DNA of 59,965 bases from a virus (taxonomy: Duplodnaviria > Caudoviricetes), in the IMG/VR virus record IMGVR_UViG_3300023174_000184, positions 1 through 59,965 of that record; one strand, 5' to 3'. Under the pieces are notes generated by a model. The model made no database searches. It saw only the letters and a program-made list of their open reading frames with translations, and was not told where the DNA came from. Position numbers and translations under genes: made by a program. Position 1 is the first letter of the stretch. The number at the start of each line of letters is the position of its first letter. Below are positions 37,701-47,336 of the stretch, piece by piece.

Positions 37701-40700
37701 CCATTTATATTTGTAGCAAGATTAATAAGTTCTGCCATCTTGCCTGGGTCTTGAGTTGCAAAAGTTGTTGTAAGAAGAGTTTGAAGTTTTGCCTCCCCCT
37801 CCTTGCCAAACATATTAATAAGTTTTGTTGCAGTATTAGGAGCAAGATCTCCAGCACCAACCATAGTTTTAATTGCTATTTCAAGGTCTAGGCTTTTTGT
37901 TTTTTTTGCTGTATCTAAAAATACTGATGCAAGAGGGTCATTTTTATATTTATTTTTTATCTGTTGATTAAGAGATGCGAAATATGCTGCTTGATCTGGT
38001 CTATCAAATGTTCCTCTTTCTCTTCCTCTAATCCCTCCAAAAGCCTTAAGTTGATCATCAATTGCTTTTTTTCTTTGTGCAGCAATTTTAGAATCATCAG
38101 ACGCTTGCTTTGTTTTTAAATCTTTAATTTGTTGTTCTATTTCAACTTGTTTCTTTTTATCAGTTGTAGCAGCAAGTTGTGTTTGAAGTCCATGGATCTG
38201 GTCATCATATAGTTTTGCTTGTGCATCTCTTTGTGCTTGAATAAGTTCTAATGATTGAGTTCCAGATGCAGCAAGCGATGCAGCAAGTTCTTTTGATTGT
38301 TTTGTGGATGTATCAAATGGTGTATTTTGATAAGCCTTTTGAATATCTGCAAAAGTATTTGTTTGTTCTTTAATTATTTTAACTCTTACAAGCAGTGGAT
38401 TTGTTGCAAGGTCTTGTCCATCTGGACCAAGAACTTCTCTAAGTTGTCCCTTAATGTTTGCAGCAATTGTCATATCTGACATATTTATGCCAATTGATCT
38501 TGCTACTGAATTTGCATCTTCTGCAGTCATTAATCCATCTGATACATATGCGGAAAGTTCAAGTGCAACTTGTTTTACTGCATCACCACCGCCCTTTGCA
38601 ACATTTGTTTTAAATGTATTATAAATTCCCTTACCTACATCAGATGATAAAAAGTTAGTTCCAAACTGTTGACCAGCACGATCATATCCTGTTGTATATG
38701 TATTAGCAGTACCGCCTTCACGACGCTTTGCCATAATTTCAGATGCACCTACTTTTCCAGTAAGTTGTCCAACCTGTTTCATTTTTTCAGTTGTTGCAGA
38801 AATTTGATCAATGTAATTTGATTGTGCTTCAGCCATTGCTCTTGCTTTATCATCAAGATGCTTCCACATTAATGCAAGACCTGCAATTGCTGCAGCAGCA
38901 GCAATATATGGATTAGCCTCAATTGCTAATAATAATTTTCCAAACCCACCCTTAAGTGCTGGCATTAATTGTGAAACAACTTGAATGCCAATAGCAAACG
39001 GAACAAGTTTTCTTGCAACATCTCCAATTTGACCACCTAAAAATGATCCAAGAATTGTAAGTCCAGCAAAGGCTCCAGATGCACCGTTTATCTTTTCACT
39101 CATGGTCTTTGTTGTTTTAGTTGCTTCAGCAGTAGCCTTTGTGCTTTCTTCAATTGCCTGTGCTTGCTTTATTGTATTTTGACTTATTCTAGTTTGCTCT
39201 GCAGCATTTGAAAATGGAATATTTTTAACTCCACCAGTTACACCTAATGGATTACCATTTTCATCTATTCCAGTTGCTGCTCCTGGAACAATAAATGCTC
39301 TTTGTGGAATTCTTATAAGTCTAGAATCTTTTGTACTTCCAGTTGAACTTTTAACATTTGCTGGTTTTGGAACTGTATTGTCTAAAGTTGTTTTTGTTAT
39401 TTTACCAGTTGTTGGATCAACAACTGTCTCTCCAAGACCAACAGCAACTGTTTTATCTCCACGACGAGTTGACTGTGTATCCTTAATTGGATTTCTTTGA
39501 CCAGAGGAACCTCTTCCTAGTTCTACCTTTGTGCCATCTTTTGTAGTAATTGTGATTCCAGAATTTACTACTTTGCCCTTAGACTCACTAAGTCTTTCTC
39601 TAATTTCATAATCTTTAATTAAACCTTGAGCCTTAGCCTGATCAAGTACAGCCTTGGTTGTTGTTGGTGTATCTCCAAGACCTTTACCAATTGTATACTC
39701 TCCAACCTTATTATAAAGGTTTTTCATTTTTTGATATGTTGGTGTTTTTTGAATTTCTGCAGGTAATTCATTAAATGCTTTTTCAATTATGTCATCATTG
39801 ACTGTAGCAACCTTCATTGCTGAAACTTTTTGCAAAATTGCATCATCTACAATTTGTGCTTGTGATGCTGGAATATTAGAAGAAATCCATTTTCTTGCAC
39901 CACCCTTCATCCATTTTTGTTGCCATTCTTCTAGTGGTAATCCTCGTCCAGCCATACGACGATTATCTTCTCCAGCAAAAGAATAAGCCAAGTTATGTCT
40001 TGTGCTAATTTCTTCTGGTAAACCATTTGCTCTTAAAATATCTCTATAAACTGTAAGTTTTTGTTTGTCTAATTCGCTTATACCAACCTGGCTTAAAAGT
40101 TTATCAATACCAAGATACTTAGACTTTCCAACATGTGAATATTGTTCTCCAGCATTTGCTGTTCCGATTGAATATCTTTTTACTGATCCATCAATGAGTG
40201 CTTGAATAAATGGTTTATTTTGTGGGTTTTGTGCAACATCTGCTGGAATAACTGCTTCTCCAGGTGTAAGCATTGCTGGTACTGTATCTGTTCCACTCGC
40301 ATACCCTGGAACTTTTTTAGTTCCTGTAGCAAACTTCTTTGGTATTTTTCCACCCATCATTCCTGGGTTTGCTTTAGCAAATGCTGCAGCAGCAAGAGTT
40401 GCTTCAATATATGCAGTACGTAATGCTGCAACTGCTGATGTTTCTAGTTCAAATTGTTGTGTAAGTTTTGTATGTGCTTGGTTAAGAGATGCTGCTACTG
40501 TTTCTGCTTCAAGTTGTTGTTGTGTTAAATAACTAGTTGTTGCTCCAAGATTTTTTGAATCTCCAGTCATCTTTAAGAATCCAACACGAAGGGCTAAAAA
40601 TAATTTTACAATATTTGCAACTCCATTTGCAAGTAAGCCAAATGTCATTAGCAATACTGGTCCAACTACTCCAACAAGTGTAGTTGCTACAACAAGAAAT

Positions 40701-42325
40701 TTCTTTGTTCCATCACTAAGATTATTAAATTTATCAAAAAGATTTCCAACCACTTTAACTATTGGTGTAACTGCTTGTAAAAATGTTTTACCAATTGGTG
40801 CAATAGCAAGTTTTAATTTTTCAACAGATGCTCTAAAGTTTGTACCTACAGCATCTTCTACTGTTTTCATTTCTCGTTCAGATAAAATTGCAAGTTCTTC
40901 TACTGATTTTCCAGTTAAGTCAAGAACACGATTTGCCTGACTTCCATCTTTAGTAATATTTTGAAATAATGTTGAAAGACGAGCAAACTGGAATTTGCCA
41001 AACATTTGTTCAATTGCTCTGGCACGATTAAGTGGATCTAGTTGATTTAATGCAGTTGCAAAATCAATAACTGTTTTCTTAAGGTTGCCCTTATCTCCTT
41101 CGACAATTGCTTTAACATTAATACCAAATCCTGCAAGCATATCTGATGCTTTTTTAGTTGGATTGATTAATGCTGCAAGACCAGATTTGATAGCATTTGC
41201 ACCTTCTGATGCATTAATTCCACCTTCCTTCATTGCTGTTAAGAAGAATGCTAAATCTTGTACATTGCCACCAAGTTGTTGGATTACTGGTCCTGCTTTA
41301 GGAACGGCAACAGTCAAATCTTCAATAGATGTTACAGTTTGGTTTTCAACTGCGTTAAGAAAGTCAATGTTTTTCTTTAAATCTTGTGCAGAAATACCAA
41401 ATGCATTTGTTAAAGAAATAGTTGTTTCTAATGCTTGCTGTTGATCTACACCACCAAGAACTGCAAGCCTTGTTGCTTGTGCAACTTGAGCAGTAAGGTC
41501 TGCACCCATTTTACCTGTTGCTGCTGCATCAGCAGCCATTTTCATTGTATCTGCAACTGCTACACCGTATCTAGTAAATTCTTTAGCAAGGTTTTGAATA
41601 TCTCCAAGAGCCTTATTAGTTTGTTCAGTTGTTGTAAACATATCTCCATAAACACGTTTAAATCTAACAGCCTGTGCTTCAAGATCCATAAATGTTTTTG
41701 CTGCCATTGAGCCAAAGTATGCTAATGGAACAGAGAAACCAACCATCAACTGACGACCAGCCCATTGAGTATTCTTACCAAAGTTTAAAAGATTCGTTGA
41801 ACCTTGTCTAATTAATTGATTAAATATTGCTTGTTTTTGTGATGCTAATGCTGTTTGTGTTGCTGCATCTTTCATATTTAATGAAAGTGGTGTAACAGCC
41901 ATTGCCTTGGTTGCACCATTGGCATCACGACCCATTTTAATATACTGGGTTTGCATCTTCTTGACACGTTCTTCTGCTACTTTGCCAATTGTGTCAAATT
42001 CACTCTTAAATAATTTTCCAAATGTCTTTGTTGCTCCTCCAGCATATCTGAAGTATTGATTCATTGAAAGTTTATTATTTTCAAGAGCATGGGTAAATGA
42101 CTCAGTGGATGTTCTTACAAGACCCATCTGAGCCTGGAATTTACCAGTTGCGTTGATTGCATTTAAAAGGTTAGTTTGTAAACCTTTTTGGGCAGCAGCA
42201 GATGCTGCACTACCTTTTGCTACTTGAGAATGAAAGTTGGCGAGTTGGCGTTGTAAATTCTTTAGTTCCGCTAATGCAGGGGCAGCATTTATATTTATGC
42301 CAATATTAGCATTAACATCGCTCAC
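34712..42325 (-). CDS. Tape measure protein
   Basis: About 2537 aa, Ala/Lys/Gln-rich helical; TP901-like core (DFLNAVENQT...MKEGGINASEGANAIKSGL), TM-like segments, DTVPAMLTPGEAVI motif; start GTG 42325 or TTG 42328. Confidence 0.93.
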   Translation of the reverse strand: MSDVNANIGININAAPALAELKNLQRQLANFHSQVAKGSAASAAAQKGLQTNLLNAINATGKFQAQMGLVRTSTESFTHALENNKLSMNQYFRYAGGATKTFGKLFKSEFDTIGKVAEERVKKMQTQYIKMGRDANGATKAMAVTPLSLNMKDAATQTALASQKQAIFNQLIRQGSTNLLNFGKNTQWAGRQLMVGFSVPLAYFGSMAAKTFMDLEAQAVRFKRVYGDMFTTTEQTNKALGDIQNLAKEFTRYGVAVADTMKMAADAAATGKMGADLTAQVAQATRLAVLGGVDQQQALETTISLTNAFGISAQDLKKNIDFLNAVENQTVTSIEDLTVAVPKAGPVIQQLGGNVQDLAFFLTAMKEGGINASEGANAIKSGLAALINPTKKASDMLAGFGINVKAIVEGDKGNLKKTVIDFATALNQLDPLNRARAIEQMFGKFQFARLSTLFQNITKDGSQANRVLDLTGKSVEELAILSEREMKTVEDAVGTNFRASVEKLKLAIAPIGKTFLQAVTPIVKVVGNLFDKFNNLSDGTKKFLVVATTLVGVVGPVLLMTFGLLANGVANIVKLFLALRVGFLKMTGDSKNLGATTSYLTQQQLEAETVAASLNQAHTKLTQQFELETSAVAALRTAYIEATLAAAAFAKANPGMMGGKIPKKFATGTKKVPGYASGTDTVPAMLTPGEAVIPADVAQNPQNKPFIQALIDGSVKRYSIGTANAGEQYSHVGKSKYLGIDKLLSQVGISELDKQKLTVYRDILRANGLPEEISTRHNLAYSFAGEDNRRMAGRGLPLEEWQQKWMKGGARKWISSNIPASQAQIVDDAILQKVSAMKVATVNDDIIEKAFNELPAEIQKTPTYQKMKNLYNKVGEYTIGKGLGDTPTTTKAVLDQAKAQGLIKDYEIRERLSESKGKVVNSGITITTKDGTKVELGRGSSGQRNPIKDTQSTRRGDKTVAVGLGETVVDPTTGKITKTTLDNTVPKPANVKSSTGSTKDSRLIRIPQRAFIVPGAATGIDENGNPLGVTGGVKNIPFSNAAEQTRISQNTIKQAQAIEESTKATAEATKTTKTMSEKINGASGAFAGLTILGSFLGGQIGDVARKLVPFAIGIQVVSQLMPALKGGFGKLLLAIEANPYIAAAAAIAGLALMWKHLDDKARAMAEAQSNYIDQISATTEKMKQVGQLTGKVGASEIMAKRREGGTANTYTTGYDRAGQQFGTNFLSSDVGKGIYNTFKTNVAKGGGDAVKQVALELSAYVSDGLMTAEDANSVARSIGINMSDMTIAANIKGQLREVLGPDGQDLATNPLLVRVKIIKEQTNTFADIQKAYQNTPFDTSTKQSKELAASLAASGTQSLELIQAQRDAQAKLYDDQIHGLQTQLAATTDKKKQVEIEQQIKDLKTKQASDDSKIAAQRKKAIDDQLKAFGGIRGRERGTFDRPDQAAYFASLNQQIKNKYKNDPLASVFLDTAKKTKSLDLEIAIKTMVGAGDLAPNTATKLINMFGKEGEAKLQTLLTTTFATQDPGKMAELINLATNINGKGGKEIGLKLLTEIGAKGQEGKFDDRLNALTLLQQMDGKEINLALFLKGDGLAKIDKLVPLLNKVEKLKTIDKKILIDLQKDPEMPSLQGLIDDWERYKNLPADIQKTVTQTYISVYKTITDENAASMAKAEAEKRGLRGKGAAAFIKQYGNKDALSALLTREQFAPGKTPSTPPKGPVDTSNAGNRDTTLDNILNRLKMVRDAAINAQGGINELNRITAGKGIEKFSGVINQLMSGKDLTGNNRGFISFMESMDEATRKTYMTVKNGQVILTEAGKNLAEAFNEQTLGDFNTAQIDTITQVKAQQAAFIKLKAAGVDSATALNMVADAELAIAINSSVEPANKLKDMANAAKTAKDAVDNLNLAFKQTMQTSVQELEMLKKLPGLVDDMKALGFNADQVQAVLSNPDFAREMLNNLKDGKIVSQDLVDYINSIPTRKQIEIDIAMKTPEGMQGLFDKAMGNAQEYFNTLEAAIQLKFKQPMKDAQVEVDKAKKAVEEAQASINGIQGTIDTKQRNIEINITRKIEEYQAQIDSLQEQIKAQFDKPIAVLSDESNKLSHDLSLMDHAAGAINDRYDTQAKALTEIASINSEIAAQQKQQLTLADALTSGDISAAAAAAQDMRAIEAANQLNKSQGTLQAARDLEIANLRNAAGQTRAQIEERQYQIGEQTYALEQQRKVIEDQIAAIQETKIAPLDAQKVIAEREIRDLQDQIYGIEQGALKTAQSNLDTKQKALDKLQEELTKELDAIDAQRDRWLQAQSAIDMAKVSSDAFGKSMEYSEGLVSKLVAAWNSLSSKTITLTTNTINTVTTVTAPTTTTTKPTTTPTGTVNTTTLTGIAKASATPALTTTASGTVNTTTLAGILKASGMSTGGFVRGTGAGDSVPTMLTPGEFVMNKFGAKAFGPMLAQMNASQYPSMMSPSNLSSPTYQTVQSTIVSPTNMSSSSSVNNNSSSVYNYNVGITVGGSNSNPDDIAKAVMTQIQYIDSQRIKGQRA

Positions 42326-42345
42326 CAACTACACCTTCTTCCTAT

Positions 42346-42678
42346 TTAATTATTTGCAAGTACTGTATTCAACAAAGCATTTGCATCAGAGAGTTTTACT
42401 CCAGATGCTGCTTCAATAATATTGTAAACAGTAGGAAGATCTAAGATATCTTCAAGTTTTGCTACGTCTGAGGCAAGTTCTGGCTTATACTGCTCCATTG
42501 CAATCTGTACACATTCGATAAGAAGTGCCATTGACTTCTCATTATCTTCTGCTACAGTTGCTACCTGCTCAAACTTCTTCATAAATGGACGAAGCAAAGA
42601 AATCTTCAAGGGACGAACCTTGATCTTTGAACCATCCATAAGTGTCAGTTCTGACCCCTCATGCACTGTTGTTGCCAT
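42346..42678 (-). CDS. Tail assembly chaperone, short (G-like) form
   Basis: Between major tail protein and TMP; LTLMDG...PLKI...LR.FM..F...LDLPTVY; own TGCTATAAT promoter and AGGAGG RBS. Confidence 0.75.
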   Translation of the reverse strand: MATTVHEGSELTLMDGSKIKVRPLKISLLRPFMKKFEQVATVAEDNEKSMALLIECVQIAMEQYKPELASDVAKLEDILDLPTVYNIIEAASGVKLSDANALLNTVLANN

Positions 42679-42726
42679 TATATTTTCCTCCTATTAGGCT
42701 TAGTTAATTATAGCATGAAAACGCTA

Positions 42727-43413
42727 TTAAGTTAAATTTTCATAATCAAGACCCATGCCAATTCCAAAACCTGCTTTTCTAGCATTTTGTCCTTGTAATG
42801 ATAAAACATCATTGGAATCGCTTGTTGCGCCACCACTGAATACTCTTGCTTTCATTGATTCCCACTCATCTTGACCCTTGCCATTTTGTGCTTCTAAATC
42901 AATACCTTGAATTGCTGCTAAAAATTTTTTTTCTTCATATTCTAACTCTCTACGTGATCCAAGAGTTGCAATTAATTCTGGCATAGATAATGACATTTCT
43001 AATTCTTGATAATCTTTCCAAATACCAATTAAAAATACTTCTGCTTCTAATTTTGCTAAATCTAATTCAGACCATGATTGACCACCAGATGTGGCTTGTT
43101 CTTTTACTGGCTCTTCAGATTTTTTATTTATTTTAATTCCAGCAGCAATGTCAACAACTTCATAAATTGTTGGTAGGTCTATATTATCTTCAATATCTGA
43201 AAGTTGTTTAGATATCTTGGGGTAAAACTGCTTCATACAAACTTGCACACATTTTGCTAAGACTGAGATTGATTCATCATCGTCTTTTGCATTTTTTACA
43301 CCTTCAAATACTTCCATAAACTCTCTTAAGTATTTTATTTTAAGTGGAGTTATTTCTATTTCTTTACCGTCCAAAAGTGTAATATTTTTTGATTGATAAA
43401 TATAAGTTGCCAT
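42727..43413 (-). CDS. Tail assembly chaperone, long (GT-like) form
   Basis: N-terminal ~100 aa homologous to 42346..42678, then in-frame WSELDLAKLEAEVFLIGIWKDYQELE...FLAAIQGIDL extension; start reassigned to MATY. Confidence 0.75.
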   Translation of the reverse strand: MATYIYQSKNITLLDGKEIEITPLKIKYLREFMEVFEGVKNAKDDDESISVLAKCVQVCMKQFYPKISKQLSDIEDNIDLPTIYEVVDIAAGIKINKKSEEPVKEQATSGGQSWSELDLAKLEAEVFLIGIWKDYQELEMSLSMPELIATLGSRRELEYEEKKFLAAIQGIDLEAQNGKGQDEWESMKARVFSGGATSDSNDVLSLQGQNARKAGFGIGMGLDYENLT

Positions 43414-43432
43414 TATCTTTAATTGTAGCATA

Positions 43433-43468
43433 AAACAACAAAACCCACTACCTTTTGGGTAATGGGTC
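43433..43468 (-). terminator. Intrinsic terminator after major tail protein gene
   Basis: ACCCATTACC-CAAAA-GGTAGTGGGT then TTTGTTGTTTT. Confidence 0.8.
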
Positions 43469-43490
43469 AGTTGTATAATTTATTAAATTA

Positions 43491-44123
43491 TTATGCTGGT
43501 GTCCAAGTACGGTCAACGATCTTTCCATATGAACCAGAAGTATCTTCTGGAAGCAAACGGAATGATACGGCGAACTCTGATGGAGCATCACGCTTTGCTG
43601 ATACTGTTACGTTGTCAATTGACAATGCACGGTATGCTGTGTAAACACGCTCTACATATGCAGAGTCTGCACAGTCGCCTGTTCCTGGTCCAACTGCAAC
43701 GATTCCTCGTTCAACTGGACATTCTCCGATGTCACCTGCAGAAAGGTCAAGAACCTGTCCTGCTGAAGTGCTCTTTGTGCCTGACAACTTGCTTGAAGAA
43801 TATGCAAGAGACAAAAGAAGATTCTCAAGTGTTGCTTCAGCAAATGTTGTTGCAAGGTTAACCTTCATACCCTGCTTATAAAGTTTAGCAACGTCAAGAA
43901 TCTGGTCAACCTTAACTTCACCGAAGTCTGGTTGGAACTGTAGTTCAAGACCGTTCATGGTGTAACCTGCGTTAGTGTAGTCCATTGAATCAGCAAGAGT
44001 ATCCTTGAATGACTTATTAGCACCGAATGATTCTAATGAAGCGTTATCAAGAGTAGTATCTGCGATAAAAAGGGCTGCTGCACCAACGATAATGTTAGTT
44101 GAATTACCACGAGTATATGCCAT
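43491..44123 (-). CDS. Major tail protein
   Basis: NIIVGAAALF, GYTMNGLEL, VKVDQ, TTFAEATLENL, FAVSFRLLP; own promoter and terminator. Confidence 0.85.
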   Translation of the reverse strand: MAYTRGNSTNIIVGAAALFIADTTLDNASLESFGANKSFKDTLADSMDYTNAGYTMNGLELQFQPDFGEVKVDQILDVAKLYKQGMKVNLATTFAEATLENLLLSLAYSSSKLSGTKSTSAGQVLDLSAGDIGECPVERGIVAVGPGTGDCADSAYVERVYTAYRALSIDNVTVSAKRDAPSEFAVSFRLLPEDTSGSYGKIVDRTWTPA

Positions 44124-44201
44124 TTATTCACCTCTTTCTTAAAGAATTGATATTAAGTTTTTTTGGCGTTTGTTTCCTCAACCTTAATTATAACAGTCTT
44201 T

Positions 44202-44750
44202 TTAGTTATAATATGAGTCAGTAGTATGATAATCATACTCAATAATAATCTTATCCCAGTAATTATCCTTAACTGATGACAGTTCTACTAGGTCTCTAGA
44301 TTGATCCACCTGATATACCTTGAAATTATGAAAAAATACATTTTTAGGGATTTCTGTGGTTCCATCATAAAGGGAATTATTTGATACCCATAGGTTAATA
44401 TCTTGGGCTGTTGCATCTTCTCTATCTAAAGCCTCAATAATAACCCTTGAAGCCATTTCTTTTTTATCAAAATTTCCACAGTTAAGCGTATATAGGATTT
44501 GCTCACGCTTAGTTCTATAAAAATGATTTGGTCTAAATCTAATTAATCTATCATATTGAACAAATAATGGATATGACTCCCCAGACCTTGCTTTAAGATC
44601 ATCATAGTACATCGATATATCTCCAGGTTGAACTGGCATGATTGGGGTAAAGTCTGGATTATTTGGAACCAATCCAAAATCAATTAATTGTTGACGAATA
44701 TATCCATTAATAAAAAGTGGTGGTAGTGCAAGTTGCATTGTATTTGCCAT
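44202..44750 (-). CDS. Probable tail terminator/completion protein
   Basis: Immediately upstream of major tail protein; size. Confidence 0.55.
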   Translation of the reverse strand: MANTMQLALPPLFINGYIRQQLIDFGLVPNNPDFTPIMPVQPGDISMYYDDLKARSGESYPLFVQYDRLIRFRPNHFYRTKREQILYTLNCGNFDKKEMASRVIIEALDREDATAQDINLWVSNNSLYDGTTEIPKNVFFHNFKVYQVDQSRDLVELSSVKDNYWDKIIIEYDYHTTDSYYN

Positions 44751-44754
44751 AGTC

Positions 44755-45429
44755 TTATTCTACACCAATCCTTGCGTTTGCAATCCATTTAAATCCAGTA
44801 GTCATACCTACTGGTTTTCCACCCTTAGATCCCGCAGCAAAATCTTTTTTATACATTATTGGATTATTGATATATTCATAAAGTCCAGATGAACGTAAAA
44901 ATGACTGCTTAAAATATTTTAACATAAACTCATCAAATATTTTTTCAAAAGATCCTTGAACTTGTGGTCCTCCAGGATCTCTAACTAATACTTCTTTTTT
45001 AGTAAAAATTGTTTGACCATCAATATCAAAAACAAGTACTGAGTTTTTTGGAGAAATTGTTACTGCTTCTCCATTTTCCATAATTGAAGCCTTATTAATA
45101 AATGGTGTTGATGATCCATTAGATACACTTCTTGATTTTTTAAATTGAGATGTAAATGATAAACCTAAATTACTAACAGTATAATTTAAATCATATAGTC
45201 TTGCATTTGGACTTCCAACTTGATACCACTCATAAATGTGATGTAATGCTTTTGGATTCATTCTTGCATTTACATCTATATATTGATACATTGCTTTCAT
45301 GGTTTCATCACCAAGATGTTTTAAAAATATTTTCTTTCCATTTTGTACACCTTCTAAAAAACCATATGAGTATTCAATAATATTATTCATTGTTTTTTCA
45401 AAAGATAGTGTATTAGTTTTAACAATCAT
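44755..45429 (-). CDS. Probable neck/tail-completion protein
   Basis: LHHIYEW...ARLY...KASIMENG; head-tail operon position. Confidence 0.55.
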   Translation of the reverse strand: MIVKTNTLSFEKTMNNIIEYSYGFLEGVQNGKKIFLKHLGDETMKAMYQYIDVNARMNPKALHHIYEWYQVGSPNARLYDLNYTVSNLGLSFTSQFKKSRSVSNGSSTPFINKASIMENGEAVTISPKNSVLVFDIDGQTIFTKKEVLVRDPGGPQVQGSFEKIFDEFMLKYFKQSFLRSSGLYEYINNPIMYKKDFAAGSKGGKPVGMTTGFKWIANARIGVE

Positions 45430-45881
45430 TAACTATAAGCCTCTTGATTTTCAGATCTACGCAAAAGAATTTTATAATATTCAATTGCCCTAAATGGTCC
45501 AAAGAATGGATCTAATGTTGCAATCTCATATATTGTTCCTCTTCCAGATCTTGGTCCAGAAGTTTCTCTATAAATTAAATTATCTGAAGCATCTCTAATA
45601 TTACTAATTAAAATATTATTTGTTGCATTGTTTGATTCTTGAGATGATATTCTTGGATCACTTTTTAGTCTTCCGATTAACTTATTACCATTTTTTAAAA
45701 TCATTTCTGGCTTAATATCTTCACCACTTTGCCTTCCAACAAAAGAAGCATTAAGGCTTATAGTTCTATCATATACCCAAGATTTTTCTGGTTGACCATA
45801 TTTATTTTGTGTGACCAATGGGTAGTAGATATCTGCCTTCATTGGATACATAAAATCTGGGGTATCGCAGCCCATCTCCAT
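45429..45881 (-). CDS. Probable head-closure (stopper) protein
   Basis: QNKYGQPEKSW...YEIATLDP pattern and position. Confidence 0.55.
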   Translation of the reverse strand: MEMGCDTPDFMYPMKADIYYPLVTQNKYGQPEKSWVYDRTISLNASFVGRQSGEDIKPEMILKNGNKLIGRLKSDPRISSQESNNATNNILISNIRDASDNLIYRETSGPRSGRGTIYEIATLDPFFGPFRAIEYYKILLRRSENQEAYS

Positions 45882-46852
45882 TAGATTGCCCTTGGCTTAT
45901 AAACTGAAACAATATATTTTTGTAGAATCTTATCCACAAAGCCATTGCCAGTTCCAGCAAATAATGAAGTATCAAATTTAATATTAAATTGATCTGTTTG
46001 ATATCCAACAACATATTTTTTTGCATAGTCAAGGTTTCCACATTTAATATCTTCAACTAAACGACGAACTGCATCTTGAACATCATGCGGAATAACTTTG
46101 TATCCTGCCTCATAAATAAAAATATAATCTGTGCCTTCAGGAAACATAACTGGTTGATCATAAAGCACGGTATGAGAACTGTCAATAGGAATAGATGCAC
46201 GATATGAATCTGAAAATGCTCTTGGTAACTGTCTTGGACGTTTTTCAGCACGATTAAAATTATTTATTCTTGGAACTGGTTCTTTATAAATTGCAGAACG
46301 GTCCTGTGTAATACCGTATGTAAAACCACCAATTTCTGGAGTATCAGCATCAACATCATATACCAATTCACCATTTTCATAAACCTTAATAATTTTATAC
46401 CCTATATCCCAAAGAGGCATATAGTCTGTTCCTTCTCCAACAACTTCCATAACTGTTTTTTCAAAAATAAAACCTTTTGGTCCAACCATTGAATCAACAA
46501 GACCTCTGGCAAGTTGTTCATATTCTTTGTATTCTGCAATCTCTGTTGCTGTTGTTCCTAAAGTATTTGGATCAACATATGGCTTCATAATATTAAGAAC
46601 ATCTTCAACTACAACATCTCCATATATTGTTCCATCTGGAGTATCATAAATTAATACTGCATAGTTATGATCATATTTAACAAAATCTCCAGTAAGTTCA
46701 TATACAACTTTTGCATCTGCATTAGATGTTAAGACAACTTGAGCCTCAATTGTTTTTGGAGCATTTTCAATTGTAAAAATATATTGCTCATTGGCATCTG
46801 GTACGGAGTATGTAACTGATAAAGGATATGGTGGGAGTCTTAAAATTTGCAT
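45881..46852 (-). CDS. Head-tail adaptor protein
   Basis: YEAGYKVIPHDVQDAV...GTGNGFVDKILQKY pattern; position. Confidence 0.65.
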   Translation of the reverse strand: MQILRLPPYPLSVTYSVPDANEQYIFTIENAPKTIEAQVVLTSNADAKVVYELTGDFVKYDHNYAVLIYDTPDGTIYGDVVVEDVLNIMKPYVDPNTLGTTATEIAEYKEYEQLARGLVDSMVGPKGFIFEKTVMEVVGEGTDYMPLWDIGYKIIKVYENGELVYDVDADTPEIGGFTYGITQDRSAIYKEPVPRINNFNRAEKRPRQLPRAFSDSYRASIPIDSSHTVLYDQPVMFPEGTDYIFIYEAGYKVIPHDVQDAVRRLVEDIKCGNLDYAKKYVVGYQTDQFNIKFDTSLFAGTGNGFVDKILQKYIVSVYKPRAI

Positions 46853-47292
46853 TATTTGGTACCGTAGTGTCTTGCTACCTCATCAGGAGTTGCTATACGA
46901 ACTGCCTTATGAGTTATCCACTTTTCGGATGCCTCCTTAGATACTATATTGTACCCCAATTCTAATACCCCAACTCCAGTCCAAGATAAATTTCTTGTAG
47001 AGTGTACAGCAACATCATTTTTATTCTTTTTTATTTTTTTTGTTTCAATAACTTGAACTGGTTCTTGTTTTTTAGATATTGCATTAATTACATTTTCAGG
47101 ATTTTTAATTTCTTCTTCAGACTTTGCTTGTTCTTGAACTTTTTTAGCAAGACCACTTTCATTTGAATATTTTTCTAATATAGCAATAATCTGTGCTTTT
47201 TTTACATTACTTTCTAAACTTATTCCATTGTCTTCACAATAAGAACGAAGTTCTAAAACTGTCTTTTTGTTTAAAACATCATAAAGTGACAT
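46852..47292 (-). CDS. Hypothetical protein with N-terminal HeH/Rho-N/SAP-like domain
   Basis: LNKKTVLELRSYCEDNGI...KKAQIIAIL; C-terminal GYNIVSK...HKAVRIATPDEV. Confidence 0.6.
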   Translation of the reverse strand: MSLYDVLNKKTVLELRSYCEDNGISLESNVKKAQIIAILEKYSNESGLAKKVQEQAKSEEEIKNPENVINAISKKQEPVQVIETKKIKKNKNDVAVHSTRNLSWTGVGVLELGYNIVSKEASEKWITHKAVRIATPDEVARHYGTK

Positions 47293-47336
47293 ATTAATTC
47301 CTCCTAGTTCATTATACCAGAGTAAAGGAATTACAC

